Shown in pieces: positions 1-7,777 of a stretch of DNA of 24,637 bases. The notes below the pieces were generated by a model. The model made no database searches, was not told the origin of the DNA, and saw nothing but the letters and a program-made list of their open reading frames with translations. Source of the DNA: a virus (taxonomy: Duplodnaviria; Caudoviricetes); IMG/VR virus record IMGVR_UViG_3300037313_000144, positions 1 through 24,637 of that record; one strand, written 5' to 3'. How positions within the stretch are numbered: the stretch's first letter is position 1; each line of letters begins with the position of its first letter. The position numbers were made by a program, and so were the translations under genes.

Positions 1-1
1 A

Positions 2-76
2 TTGAACCAGCAAGATTCTAATCGTGTCATAGTTCTACATCAAATACCTAGACCAGAGAAAATATCCCATGTTTAA
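2..76 (+). CDS. 3' end of an upstream gene (LNQQDSNRVIVLHQIPRPEKISHV*), possibly terminase small subunit
   Basis: Frame 2 is open from the window edge to TAA 74-76; position upstream of terL and a terminal hydrophobic beta-strand are compatible with TerS; truncated, so uncertain. Confidence 0.4.
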   Translation: MNQQDSNRVIVLHQIPRPEKISHV

Positions 77-137
77 AGAATATCTAAAGAAACATGGTAG
101 ACGTTATTATGAAAAATTACAAAAAGGAGGTAGTGAC

Positions 138-311
138 ATGAAATGTCCTAGATGTGATGAGAGGATGGTGTGGCAAAGTGATTACATGTGTGATGAAATT
201 GATGAAGAGTGTTGCGGAGAAGGTGTGGTTTCATATTATAGTTGTAGTAAGTGTAATGTCGAAGTGGAATTAAAAACAGACTGTAAGGGTCAGAAAGAGG
301 AAGACGAATGA
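138..311 (+). CDS. Small Cys-rich zinc-ribbon protein (57 aa)
   Basis: RBS AAGGAGG precedes ATG 138 (better than ORF-track start 69); CPRC...CSKC motifs; stop overlaps the next start (ATGA). Confidence 0.75.
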   Translation: MKCPRCDERMVWQSDYMCDEIDEECCGEGVVSYYSCSKCNVEVELKTDCKGQKEEDE

Positions 312-964
312 ATCCAGAAGAAATGCAAGCGATGATGTCTCAAGGTGGACAAGAGCAAGCACCACCAGAAGGTGGGGCACCAGAGGAAATGACAGAGGAA
401 CAGTTAGCCCAGCAAGAGCAAATGGATAATGAAATAGCACAAGGTGGGTTTGACCCAGAATCTCCAGAAATGATGGCACCACCAGAGCCGCTAGACATGT
501 TGCCAGAGGTTGTTAATCAATATATGGAACATGCAATAACTGTAAAGGAAGATATGACGCTACATGCTCAGGTAAAGTCTCAGATTCTATCTCAAATGGC
601 TCAGGCTATAAATTACTTAGTTCCCTTGTTGCACGATGACCAAAAGGCCGCTATGGAAATGAAGCAAATGGAAATGGAAATGAACATGCAGATGAAACAG
701 ATGGAATTTCAGATGAAACAACAGGAACATGAAATGAATATGGAATCGAAAAAAGCGGAATTGGAACATAAGGCCGCAGAAATGCAATTGAAACTACAAC
801 ATAACCAGCAAGAGAATCAAATGAAACTACAACAACAAAAAGAAAATCATGAACATAATATAGTCCAGAGTCAAGAAAGCCATGAAAGTAAGATGAAACA
901 ACAAGAACAAGCCGCTAAGTTAAAACAGAGTAACAAACCTGTTAGCGACAAGGGTAAAAAATAG
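308..964 (+). CDS. Gln/Met/Glu-rich coiled-coil protein of unknown function (218 aa)
   Basis: ORF with AGAGGAAG RBS-like sequence and ATGA coupling; low-complexity N-terminus and long QMEM/QQEHE helical C-half. Confidence 0.8.
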   Translation: MNPEEMQAMMSQGGQEQAPPEGGAPEEMTEEQLAQQEQMDNEIAQGGFDPESPEMMAPPEPLDMLPEVVNQYMEHAITVKEDMTLHAQVKSQILSQMAQAINYLVPLLHDDQKAAMEMKQMEMEMNMQMKQMEFQMKQQEHEMNMESKKAELEHKAAEMQLKLQHNQQENQMKLQQQKENHEHNIVQSQESHESKMKQQEQAAKLKQSNKPVSDKGKK

Positions 965-1059
965 TGTGGTGCGTCATTGCAATCGCCATCGTATTTGTAG
1001 TAGGTGCTTTTCTACCAGAACTACCAGAACCAGATGAAAGTGAATACGGAGGAGGATGA
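964..1059 (+). CDS. Small membrane protein (31 aa, MWCVIAIAIVFVVGAFLPELPEPDESEYGGG), not in ORF track
   Basis: GTG overlaps the TAG of the upstream gene; the ORF fills the gap and ends 3 nt before the terL ATG; one hydrophobic helix plus acidic tail. Confidence 0.6.
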   Translation: MWCVIAIAIVFVVGAFLPELPEPDESEYGGG

Positions 1060-1062
1060 AAA

Positions 1063-2577
1063 ATGGATACATGTTATAACTGTAAGGTGGGTACCATGTA
1101 TCCACCTCCAGACCAACACCCGTCATACATTCAATGTAATTCTTGTATGGCAATACAATTAACATATGTACCAATGTATTATCAAGAAGACATGCACATG
1201 GTCAAAACTGGTGGGGATAACGATACAGATATCATTGCCGTATTTGGTGGATACGGTTCTGGTAAATCAAGAAGTACACTACAAGAATTTTTAATGAGAG
1301 CATTAGAAAATCCTAGAGGAAGTGGTTTATTTGCCGCACAGACACTTGGACAACTTAAAAAGACTACACTCAAAACTTTCTTTGAAGAGGTTTGTCCTCC
1401 TCCTCTTGTTCGTTCCTATAATAAAACTGACGGAATTATCATACTCGAAAATGGATTCACTATCTTTGTGGTTGCTACAGACGAAGAACAAAAAATACGT
1501 TCCTTAAATATCGGTCTAGCACATATAGAGGAGATATCTGGTATCAAGAAATCCATCTATACTCAGGTACAATCTCGTATGCGTGACCCATTCACAAGTA
1601 ATAAAGCTATCATTGTAGCATCTAACCCAGCTAATACGTGGATTAAAGATACATTCGTAGATAATGATGCACGTAAAGACCCAACACATCCTCAACATGA
1701 CAAATACAATCGGTTCATGCGTACATTTATCTGGAAAACAGAACTAAATACGTATCTACCAGCTAACTACATCGAAATGAATACCGTTGGTAAGCCTGAG
1801 TGGTATAAAAAGAAATACTTCGAAGGTAGCTTTGAGTACAATAGTGGTATGGTGTATCCAGAAATCTCAACTACATTCATTGACCCATATCCTGTAGTTC
1901 CAGAAAAGACTGATAGGTTTGGTATTCCTAAAGACTGGGAACGTTTTATAGGAATGGACTATGGATTACGTAATCCAACTGCCGTTTGGTTTGGAGCAAT
2001 CAATCCAAAAGAAGGAGAAGTCATTCTCTATGACGAATATTATGTACCAGAGAAGACTTTACCGTACCATGCTGGACAATTAAAAGAAAGAATACAACCA
2101 ATCCCATCAGGTCTACTGCGTTTCATGGTAGCTGACCCAGCCATCAAGAACCGTATGAATGATGTAATCAATGGAAAAAACATTCAATCACACTTCATGG
2201 AGTATGGTTTGTATTTTTCTCTAGGTAATAACAATATCGAATATGGTTTAACCAAAGTAAACAGTTATATCGAAGCTGGTAAGTTAAAAATCTACAAAAC
2301 TTGTATTAATGGCATCACAGAACTGTTACAATATACTTATCCAGAAACAGACATTGACAACGCAGAAGACAACTTAGATGAAAAGCCTGAAAAGAAAAAT
2401 GACCATTTGTGTGATGCTATGCGATACATGATTGCTAGGTTGCCAGATGACGTAGAGTTCTTAAAAGGTACTTCATATGAACCACCAAAAAGCTACAGTG
2501 ATATCCACAACTATGACACGATTGATTATGATGAAAATAACTCAGAAATGTATGATGACTTTTTAGCTTATTATTAG
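1063..2577 (+). CDS. terL: Terminase large subunit
   Basis: Walker A GGYGSGKS, Walker B AHIEE, ASNP coupling motif, RNase H-like nuclease IGMDYG...NDHLCDAMRY; RBS GGAGGA. Confidence 0.95.
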   Translation: MDTCYNCKVGTMYPPPDQHPSYIQCNSCMAIQLTYVPMYYQEDMHMVKTGGDNDTDIIAVFGGYGSGKSRSTLQEFLMRALENPRGSGLFAAQTLGQLKKTTLKTFFEEVCPPPLVRSYNKTDGIIILENGFTIFVVATDEEQKIRSLNIGLAHIEEISGIKKSIYTQVQSRMRDPFTSNKAIIVASNPANTWIKDTFVDNDARKDPTHPQHDKYNRFMRTFIWKTELNTYLPANYIEMNTVGKPEWYKKKYFEGSFEYNSGMVYPEISTTFIDPYPVVPEKTDRFGIPKDWERFIGMDYGLRNPTAVWFGAINPKEGEVILYDEYYVPEKTLPYHAGQLKERIQPIPSGLLRFMVADPAIKNRMNDVINGKNIQSHFMEYGLYFSLGNNNIEYGLTKVNSYIEAGKLKIYKTCINGITELLQYTYPETDIDNAEDNLDEKPEKKNDHLCDAMRYMIARLPDDVEFLKGTSYEPPKSYSDIHNYDTIDYDENNSEMYDDFLAYY

Positions 2578-2588
2578 GAGGAGATTGT

Positions 2589-2849
2589 ATGGATTTCGGT
2601 CAAGCATTATGGTGTATGAAAGATGGTAGTAAGGTAGCACGTAAAGGGTGGAATGGTTCTGGCATGTTCGCATACTACGTAAAGCCAGCTAGCTATCCAG
2701 CACAAATGGATGTCATTAAAGGAATTTTCCCTAATGACTTAGTTCCCTATCGTGGGTACTTTGCTTTAAAAACCGCTCAAAATGATGTAGCTACATGGGT
2801 GCCTAGTGGTTCTGATATTTTAGCAGACGATTGGGAGTGTGTGAACTAA
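2589..2849 (+). CDS. tad2: Tad2-like (DUF2829) Thoeris anti-defence nucleotide sponge
   Basis: 86 aa with MDFGQAL..KVARKGWNG.GMF...YFALKT...WVPS.SDILADDW pattern of DUF2829/Tad2; RBS AGGAGGAG. Confidence 0.85.
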   Translation: MDFGQALWCMKDGSKVARKGWNGSGMFAYYVKPASYPAQMDVIKGIFPNDLVPYRGYFALKTAQNDVATWVPSGSDILADDWECVN

Positions 2850-3145
2850 TGGATAAACTACAATATCAGATTCAATATGTAGATAACTCTTATCGTATAG
2901 TGGATTGGAGAACTGATGAATTCAAATTAGTAGGTATGGCAATTACAGATGGGGATAATGCCATAGTTCTTTCAGATGGCATATTCGTACTTCGTGATAT
3001 TAGAGCCATTGTCCTAGTTCCAGAAATTGTACAAGATGAAGAACCGAAAGATGAAAATCAGTTAGCTGAATGGGGATTCGTTGACCAGCAAACGGCTGAA
3101 TGGTTACGAGCACAAGGTATTGATGTAGGGAGGAACTCTAAATGA
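2849..3145 (+). CDS. Hypothetical protein (98 aa)
   Basis: ATG 2849 overlaps the tad2 TAA, with GGGAG upstream (more likely than track start 2831); stop overlaps portal ATG. Confidence 0.7.
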   Translation: MDKLQYQIQYVDNSYRIVDWRTDEFKLVGMAITDGDNAIVLSDGIFVLRDIRAIVLVPEIVQDEEPKDENQLAEWGFVDQQTAEWLRAQGIDVGRNSK

Positions 3146-5142
3146 ATCCAGAAGAATTAGCTATGATGCAACAAATGATGGGTGGTACAGAACAACCTCA
3201 GCAAATGGAGAATCCTAACCCAGAAGGTCAAGAAGTCAATACACCAGATAATAGTTTATCAGAAGAAGAGGAACGTAAGTTAATTCATAAAGCTATCCGT
3301 AGGTACAATCGTGCGGCATCTGGTATGGATGAACATCACAAACTATGGGCGTTAATTGATAAATTTGATAGAGGGCGACAATGGGATAATGTAAACATTC
3401 CTGTATGGATACCTAAACCGATTACTAACTTAATCCGATATGTACGTACTACGAAACGTGCTAACTTAGCCCAAAACGTGCCACAAGCCAACTTTACGCC
3501 ACTTACTCCAGATGACGAAGAATTAGTGTACAAAATTCAAAAAGCATATGAGCACGTTTGGGATGAACAGAAGATACCACTCATGGTACGTAAGGTCGTA
3601 GACAGAGCGTTACTTCATGGTACATCTATAGCTTATGTGTATGCTGAGGATAATATTCGTGGTAAATACTACGGCGATTATCACAAAGATAACCAGCTTT
3701 ATCGGTATGATATTAAAGTAAAGAAACTAAACAATGCTAACTTCTATGTTGACCCAACGGCCTATTGCATTTATGAAGCAAAGTATGTAACCATTACAGA
3801 ACCTATTGCTTTTTCGGATGTAAAGAATCATCCTATCTTTAGAGAATTTGCTGGAGATAAATTAAAAAAATTAAAATATGTTGATATGCAACGTGACTCA
3901 GACGCTAATGGTGATATCTTTGACAGACCAACTACAAAGTCTGATGAAAGCAATGATACAGATACCGATGACGAAATGTGTACAATGCATGTTCACTGGG
4001 AGAGATACAGAAATGAAGATGGTCGTTGGCAAGTTGACGTTTCCTATTTTCTATGGAATACTGACTTCTTACTATACCGTATTGAGGATTTTAAACCATC
4101 GGTGCTACCGTTTGCAGTTTACCATGACGAGGAGGAAGACACTTCGTTTTGGGGAACTTCTACTGCTATGGATATGCTTGAAAACCAGAAGATTATTAAT
4201 AAAACTGCACAAACCGCTTCGATTATTGGAACTCTACACCAGAATCCCCAAAAGGTCGTACTACGTGAGTCTGGTATTAATGCGGCTGAAATGTCAAGGA
4301 CAGGTACGCTTGCTGGAAAAGTATGGACATCGAATGTACCAAATGCAGTAGAAGTCATTCAACCACCAGACATTCCTAAAGGATTGTTTGATATCGAAGA
4401 CCGTATGAAAGCTGATATTAAAGACATGGCTGGTATTACCGAAGCATACACTGGTGAATCAGTTGGTAGTTTAACAACTTCTACAGGTGTAGATAGTTTG
4501 ATTGACCGTTCAACTATTCGAGATAAAGACAAGGCCATTCAAATTGATAACTTTGTAGAAGAATTATCAGAATTAATTGCAAACTTTATCTTAGTGTACT
4601 GGCAAGAAGAAAGACCAATCATGACTCGTAGAAAGAACGGTAATGCAGATTACATGACATGGACACCAGTAAAAGAAATGGACTATGACAACTTACAGTG
4701 GAGAATCCGTTCTGATGTGTATGCTCATGCTCCAATCACTGCGGCTAGTAAATCTCAGCAAGCAGATAACCTAATGCAACAACAGGGGCAATTCCAGCAT
4801 GACCCACCAATCATTACACCAGAAGAATGGATTAACATGAAGGACTTCCCAGATAAGGAAGACATTCTACTTCGTATGCAAGCTGACAGAGAGAATAAAC
4901 GTAATCAGGATATTCAAGGTCTGAGTGACCAGATTCTACAATTAATCCAGCAAGCACAAGGTCTTAAAGGTCAAGGTGCTACTGACCAGCAAGTTACGGA
5001 ACAAATGGCTCAGCCAGTACAGGAAATCGTACAGAAGACCTTTACATCTGGTACAAAACAAGGTACGGCTGGTGAAATGGGTTCAATGGCTCCAAAGGGA
5101 ACTACATCCCCTACGGCTATGGGCAATATGCAAGCTGGTTAA
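3142..5142 (+). CDS. Portal protein (P22-like podovirus portal)
   Basis: 666 aa downstream of terL; G.QW, PITNLI, FYVDP.A, 'FWGTS...NQKIIN' and 'GITEAYTG' patterns of P22-type portals; Gln-rich C-terminus. Confidence 0.88.
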   Translation: MNPEELAMMQQMMGGTEQPQQMENPNPEGQEVNTPDNSLSEEEERKLIHKAIRRYNRAASGMDEHHKLWALIDKFDRGRQWDNVNIPVWIPKPITNLIRYVRTTKRANLAQNVPQANFTPLTPDDEELVYKIQKAYEHVWDEQKIPLMVRKVVDRALLHGTSIAYVYAEDNIRGKYYGDYHKDNQLYRYDIKVKKLNNANFYVDPTAYCIYEAKYVTITEPIAFSDVKNHPIFREFAGDKLKKLKYVDMQRDSDANGDIFDRPTTKSDESNDTDTDDEMCTMHVHWERYRNEDGRWQVDVSYFLWNTDFLLYRIEDFKPSVLPFAVYHDEEEDTSFWGTSTAMDMLENQKIINKTAQTASIIGTLHQNPQKVVLRESGINAAEMSRTGTLAGKVWTSNVPNAVEVIQPPDIPKGLFDIEDRMKADIKDMAGITEAYTGESVGSLTTSTGVDSLIDRSTIRDKDKAIQIDNFVEELSELIANFILVYWQEERPIMTRRKNGNADYMTWTPVKEMDYDNLQWRIRSDVYAHAPITAASKSQQADNLMQQQGQFQHDPPIITPEEWINMKDFPDKEDILLRMQADRENKRNQDIQGLSDQILQLIQQAQGLKGQGATDQQVTEQMAQPVQEIVQKTFTSGTKQGTAGEMGSMAPKGTTSPTAMGNMQAG

Positions 5143-5179
5143 AAAGAAAGAGCCTAGAGATAGGCTCTTTTTATTTTTT
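5143..5179. terminator. Bidirectional intrinsic terminator between portal and convergent HNH gene
   Basis: Stem AAAGAGCCTA (5147-5156), loop GAGA, TAGGCTCTTT (5161-5170); A-tract before and T-tract after. Confidence 0.85.
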
Positions 5180-5672
5180 CATCTATATTTTCTTTTTTAG
5201 GATGGTCAAATTTTTCATAATCAGTATTTGGAAAGTTAAGTAAAGCTAAATCACCTCTTAATTTCCATGCCGCATAATCTCTAAGTATTGCTAATTCATG
5301 AATGTCTTTACCAGATGCTATCCAAATTGGTTTGGAATTATGAGACATACTTACTTCATAACAATCTTTTCTCGTACTACGTTTAACTCCAAAATAACCA
5401 GTATCATTATTTCTTTCTCGATTGTGATTACTAATTTGAATATTAACTTGACGTAAGTTTTCTTTACGATTATCTAATTTGTTTCGATTAATATGGTCTA
5501 TTATAAATCCCCTTCTACAAGGACATACTAATTGGTGCATTTTTATTACTTTACTTCCAATAGAAGTTCGTGCATATCCTTTATCATCTACATACCAATT
5601 ATGTCTTGATAATAATACATGGTCATCCATATCCACTAAAATAATTTCACCTTTAGTTCCATATATGTTCAT
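5154..5672 (-). CDS. Free-standing HNH homing endonuclease with C-terminal AP2-like DNA-binding domain
   Basis: MHQLV...IIDHINRNKLDNRKENLR HNH motif; C-terminal 'GYFGV...RDYAAWKLRGDLALLNFP' AP2-like; AGGAGGTG RBS favours ATG 5672. Confidence 0.9.
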   Translation of the reverse strand: MNIYGTKGEIILVDMDDHVLLSRHNWYVDDKGYARTSIGSKVIKMHQLVCPCRRGFIIDHINRNKLDNRKENLRQVNIQISNHNRERNNDTGYFGVKRSTRKDCYEVSMSHNSKPIWIASGKDIHELAILRDYAAWKLRGDLALLNFPNTDYEKFDHPKKENIDEKIKRAYL

Positions 5673-5692
5673 AAAGAACACCTCCTAACACT

Positions 5693-5721
5693 ATTATAGT
5701 TAATTGGTTAAGAGGTGTAAA
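5693..5721 (-). promoter_or_regulatory. SigA-type promoter for the HNH gene
   Basis: Minus strand TTTACA (5721-5716), 17-nt spacer, TATAAT (5698-5693), directly upstream of the RBS. Confidence 0.75.
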
Positions 5722-6088
5722 GTTTTTTCTTCTTTTTTCTAGGATGACCTTTCCACCAATGAATAGACATTGGTGTGCCTGTATCCATCATAAGATGTAG
5801 AAAGTATCCACATCCAAAAAGTAGTGCCCATTTCCAGCTATAGAATACACCTATAGGGAAGGAAAATAGTAACAAACTAGGTATAGTATGAGTAAAACCC
5901 CTATGATTAAAAAGCAACCACATAGGAAAGATTCTTCCCATAGGTGCCGCTTTATGGTCACAATCAGGAAAAACAGAGCCAATAAGGAAAGGAATAGGAT
6001 TAAGAAAGACATCATCGACCCCCACTTGAATCATTACCCATATAATCAATGCGAATTGAAAGTGTATTTTACCTGAGAAAGCACACAC
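5708..6088 (-). CDS. YdjM-like membrane-associated metal-dependent hydrolase
   Basis: FPDCDH, HRGFTH and GYFLHLMMD motifs with hydrophobic helices; GTG start with AGAAGGTGG RBS. Confidence 0.85.
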   Translation of the reverse strand: MCAFSGKIHFQFALIIWVMIQVGVDDVFLNPIPFLIGSVFPDCDHKAAPMGRIFPMWLLFNHRGFTHTIPSLLLFSFPIGVFYSWKWALLFGCGYFLHLMMDTGTPMSIHWWKGHPRKKKKKLYTS

Positions 6089-6176
6089 CCACCTTCTATA
6101 TTTTCCTTAGTTCTAGTTTACCCTAGTTCATCTACATTTAATACGTAAAAAAATCTACATATATGGAAGATAATTG

Positions 6177-6205
6177 TTTACATTTGGACGAACATTGGTT
6201 ATATT
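6177..6205 (+). promoter_or_regulatory. SigA-type promoter for scaffold/capsid operon
   Basis: TTTACA (6177-6182), 17-nt spacer, TATATT (6200-6205); restarts transcription after the portal terminator. Confidence 0.6.
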
Positions 6206-6219
6206 TAGTATAGAGAACA

Positions 6220-6290
6220 TTCGCTATCTGGAGCGTAAGCCAGAACACATACAAATTTCGCACAACCCATGCGTAAAAAGGGGAGAGGAG
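6220..6290 (+). promoter_or_regulatory. Putative structured 5' leader: two TTCGC-stem-GCGTAA units before the scaffold RBS
   Basis: TTCGCtatCTGGaGCGTAAgCCAG (6220-6243) and TTCGCacaaCCCatGCGTAAaaaGGG (6257-6282). Confidence 0.5.
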
Positions 6291-6298
6291 TAACCGAT

Positions 6299-7243
6299 AT
6301 GCTATTTGAGAATGAATTGCCATTGAAATTGAATCTACAATTATTCGCTGAGGATGAAGTAGATGACGATGAAGAGGACTACTCTGGCGGTGAAGAAGAC
6401 TTGATGTCGGCCATTAAGAGTTTACAAGAATCAGAGGAAGACGAAGAAGAGGATGAATCAGACGAAGAGGATGATGAAGACGATTCTGAGGATGACGATG
6501 ATGATGAAGACTACGATGATGAAGACGAAGATGAATACGAAGATGATGAAGAGGAAGAGGACGAAGAAGAGGAAGAACTTACTACAAAGAAAAAGCAATC
6601 CAAAGAAGAAAATGCTAAGTTCGCAGAAAAGCGTAGACAATCAGAAGTTAAAAAGCGAGTAGAAGCTGAATTAGAGAGACTGAAAAATGAATCTCCAGAA
6701 TACAAACTTGCTAAAACTCTATCTGATAAGTTTGGCAAACCTGTAGAACAAATCATGGCTGAAATGGAAGAAGCGGCTCTTGTAGAAGAATCCAAACAAT
6801 CTAAAGTTCCACTCGAAATCCTACGTAATCAAAAGGCCGCAAATGACAGAGCAGACCAGCTTGAGAGACAACTCAATGAATTGAAATTTCAAAGTTGGCA
6901 AACTCAAATTAATGCAGACAGAGCGAAACTCGAAAAACAGTACCCAGTACTAGAGTCTGATGACCTAGACTTAGCGGTGGATTATATCCTTAATACTGTT
7001 AAAAATGTAGACCTACCATTGGAACAAGCGGTATTCGCAGTTCATGGAAAGAAAATCATAGACAGTTTGGCAAATGCTAAGGTACAAGACAAGCTGGCTA
7101 ATGAAAGTGGTCGAAAGAAAAAGACCGCATTACCTGTAGGTAACGGCAAAGCTAAGAGTACTAAACAATTAACATCTGACGAAGCATACATCGCCAAGCA
7201 ATTTGGTATGACTGCTGAGGAATACAACCAATATAAAAATTAA
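6299..7243 (+). CDS. Capsid scaffolding protein with N-terminal Prp-cleavage motif and long acidic tract
   Basis: GGAGAGGAG RBS before ATG 6299; LKLNLQLFA motif; D/E tract, coiled coil, C-terminal 'AKQFGMTAEEYNQYK'; upstream of capsid genes. Confidence 0.85.
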   Translation: MLFENELPLKLNLQLFAEDEVDDDEEDYSGGEEDLMSAIKSLQESEEDEEEDESDEEDDEDDSEDDDDDEDYDDEDEDEYEDDEEEEDEEEEELTTKKKQSKEENAKFAEKRRQSEVKKRVEAELERLKNESPEYKLAKTLSDKFGKPVEQIMAEMEEAALVEESKQSKVPLEILRNQKAANDRADQLERQLNELKFQSWQTQINADRAKLEKQYPVLESDDLDLAVDYILNTVKNVDLPLEQAVFAVHGKKIIDSLANAKVQDKLANESGRKKKTALPVGNGKAKSTKQLTSDEAYIAKQFGMTAEEYNQYKN

Positions 7244-7270
7244 TAAATTACAAATTAGGAGGGAAATAAA

Positions 7271-7777
7271 ATGGCATTTGTATTTGCTTACGGATTAGAT
7301 GGAACATTAACTACTCCAATTAAAGATATGCCACTAGAAACTGTAACTAACTACACGAACGGTGGTATGAAAAAAGGCGACCTAGTTACAACTACTGCGG
7401 CTGGTTTAATCAAACGTGTAGGTGCGGCTGGTGGTGCTGGTATCGGTGTTACAGAAGGTGGAGAATTTACAGGTCTTGCTGGTGCTCCATATACTGCGAC
7501 TAATGCTTCATTTACTGCTTCTTCAATTGATACTACTAAAAACCCTAACGGTGTAGCTAAAGTTCGTATGGATAAAGCGGCAGTATATAAAGTTCCTGTG
7601 GCTCAATCTGGTGCTAAACAAACTGCTAATAACGCTGACATTGGTGTATCATATTCAATTTTATTAGCGGCTGGTACTAATGACCAAACAGTAGATTTAA
7701 ATACTACAACTACACCATCTGTGAAAGTTGTTGACTACTCTAAAGACGGAAAATTTGTATTCGTTACATTAGTATAA
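7271..7777 (+). CDS. Probable capsid decoration/cement protein
   Basis: 168 aa, G/A/T-rich beta protein with 'KKGDLV' motif, between scaffold and major capsid; AGGAGGG RBS. Confidence 0.65.
   Translation: MAFVFAYGLDGTLTTPIKDMPLETVTNYTNGGMKKGDLVTTTAAGLIKRVGAAGGAGIGVTEGGEFTGLAGAPYTATNASFTASSIDTTKNPNGVAKVRMDKAAVYKVPVAQSGAKQTANNADIGVSYSILLAAGTNDQTVDLNTTTTPSVKVVDYSKDGKFVFVTLV

Noticed and set aside
69-137. ORF-track N-terminal extension of the zinc-ribbon gene
   Set aside because: No RBS at 69, while AAGGAGG lies just before ATG 138. Similar over-extended starts were corrected for 2831, 5681, 6269, 14443, 16202, 22241 and 22620.
3878-4351. 157-aa alternative-frame ORF inside the portal
   Set aside because: Fully nested, no convincing RBS and no recognisable motif.
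5154-6088. Group I intron carrying the HNH gene
   Set aside because: Portal and scaffold look complete on either side, the HNH is antisense with its own promoter, and no intron core motifs were recognised.
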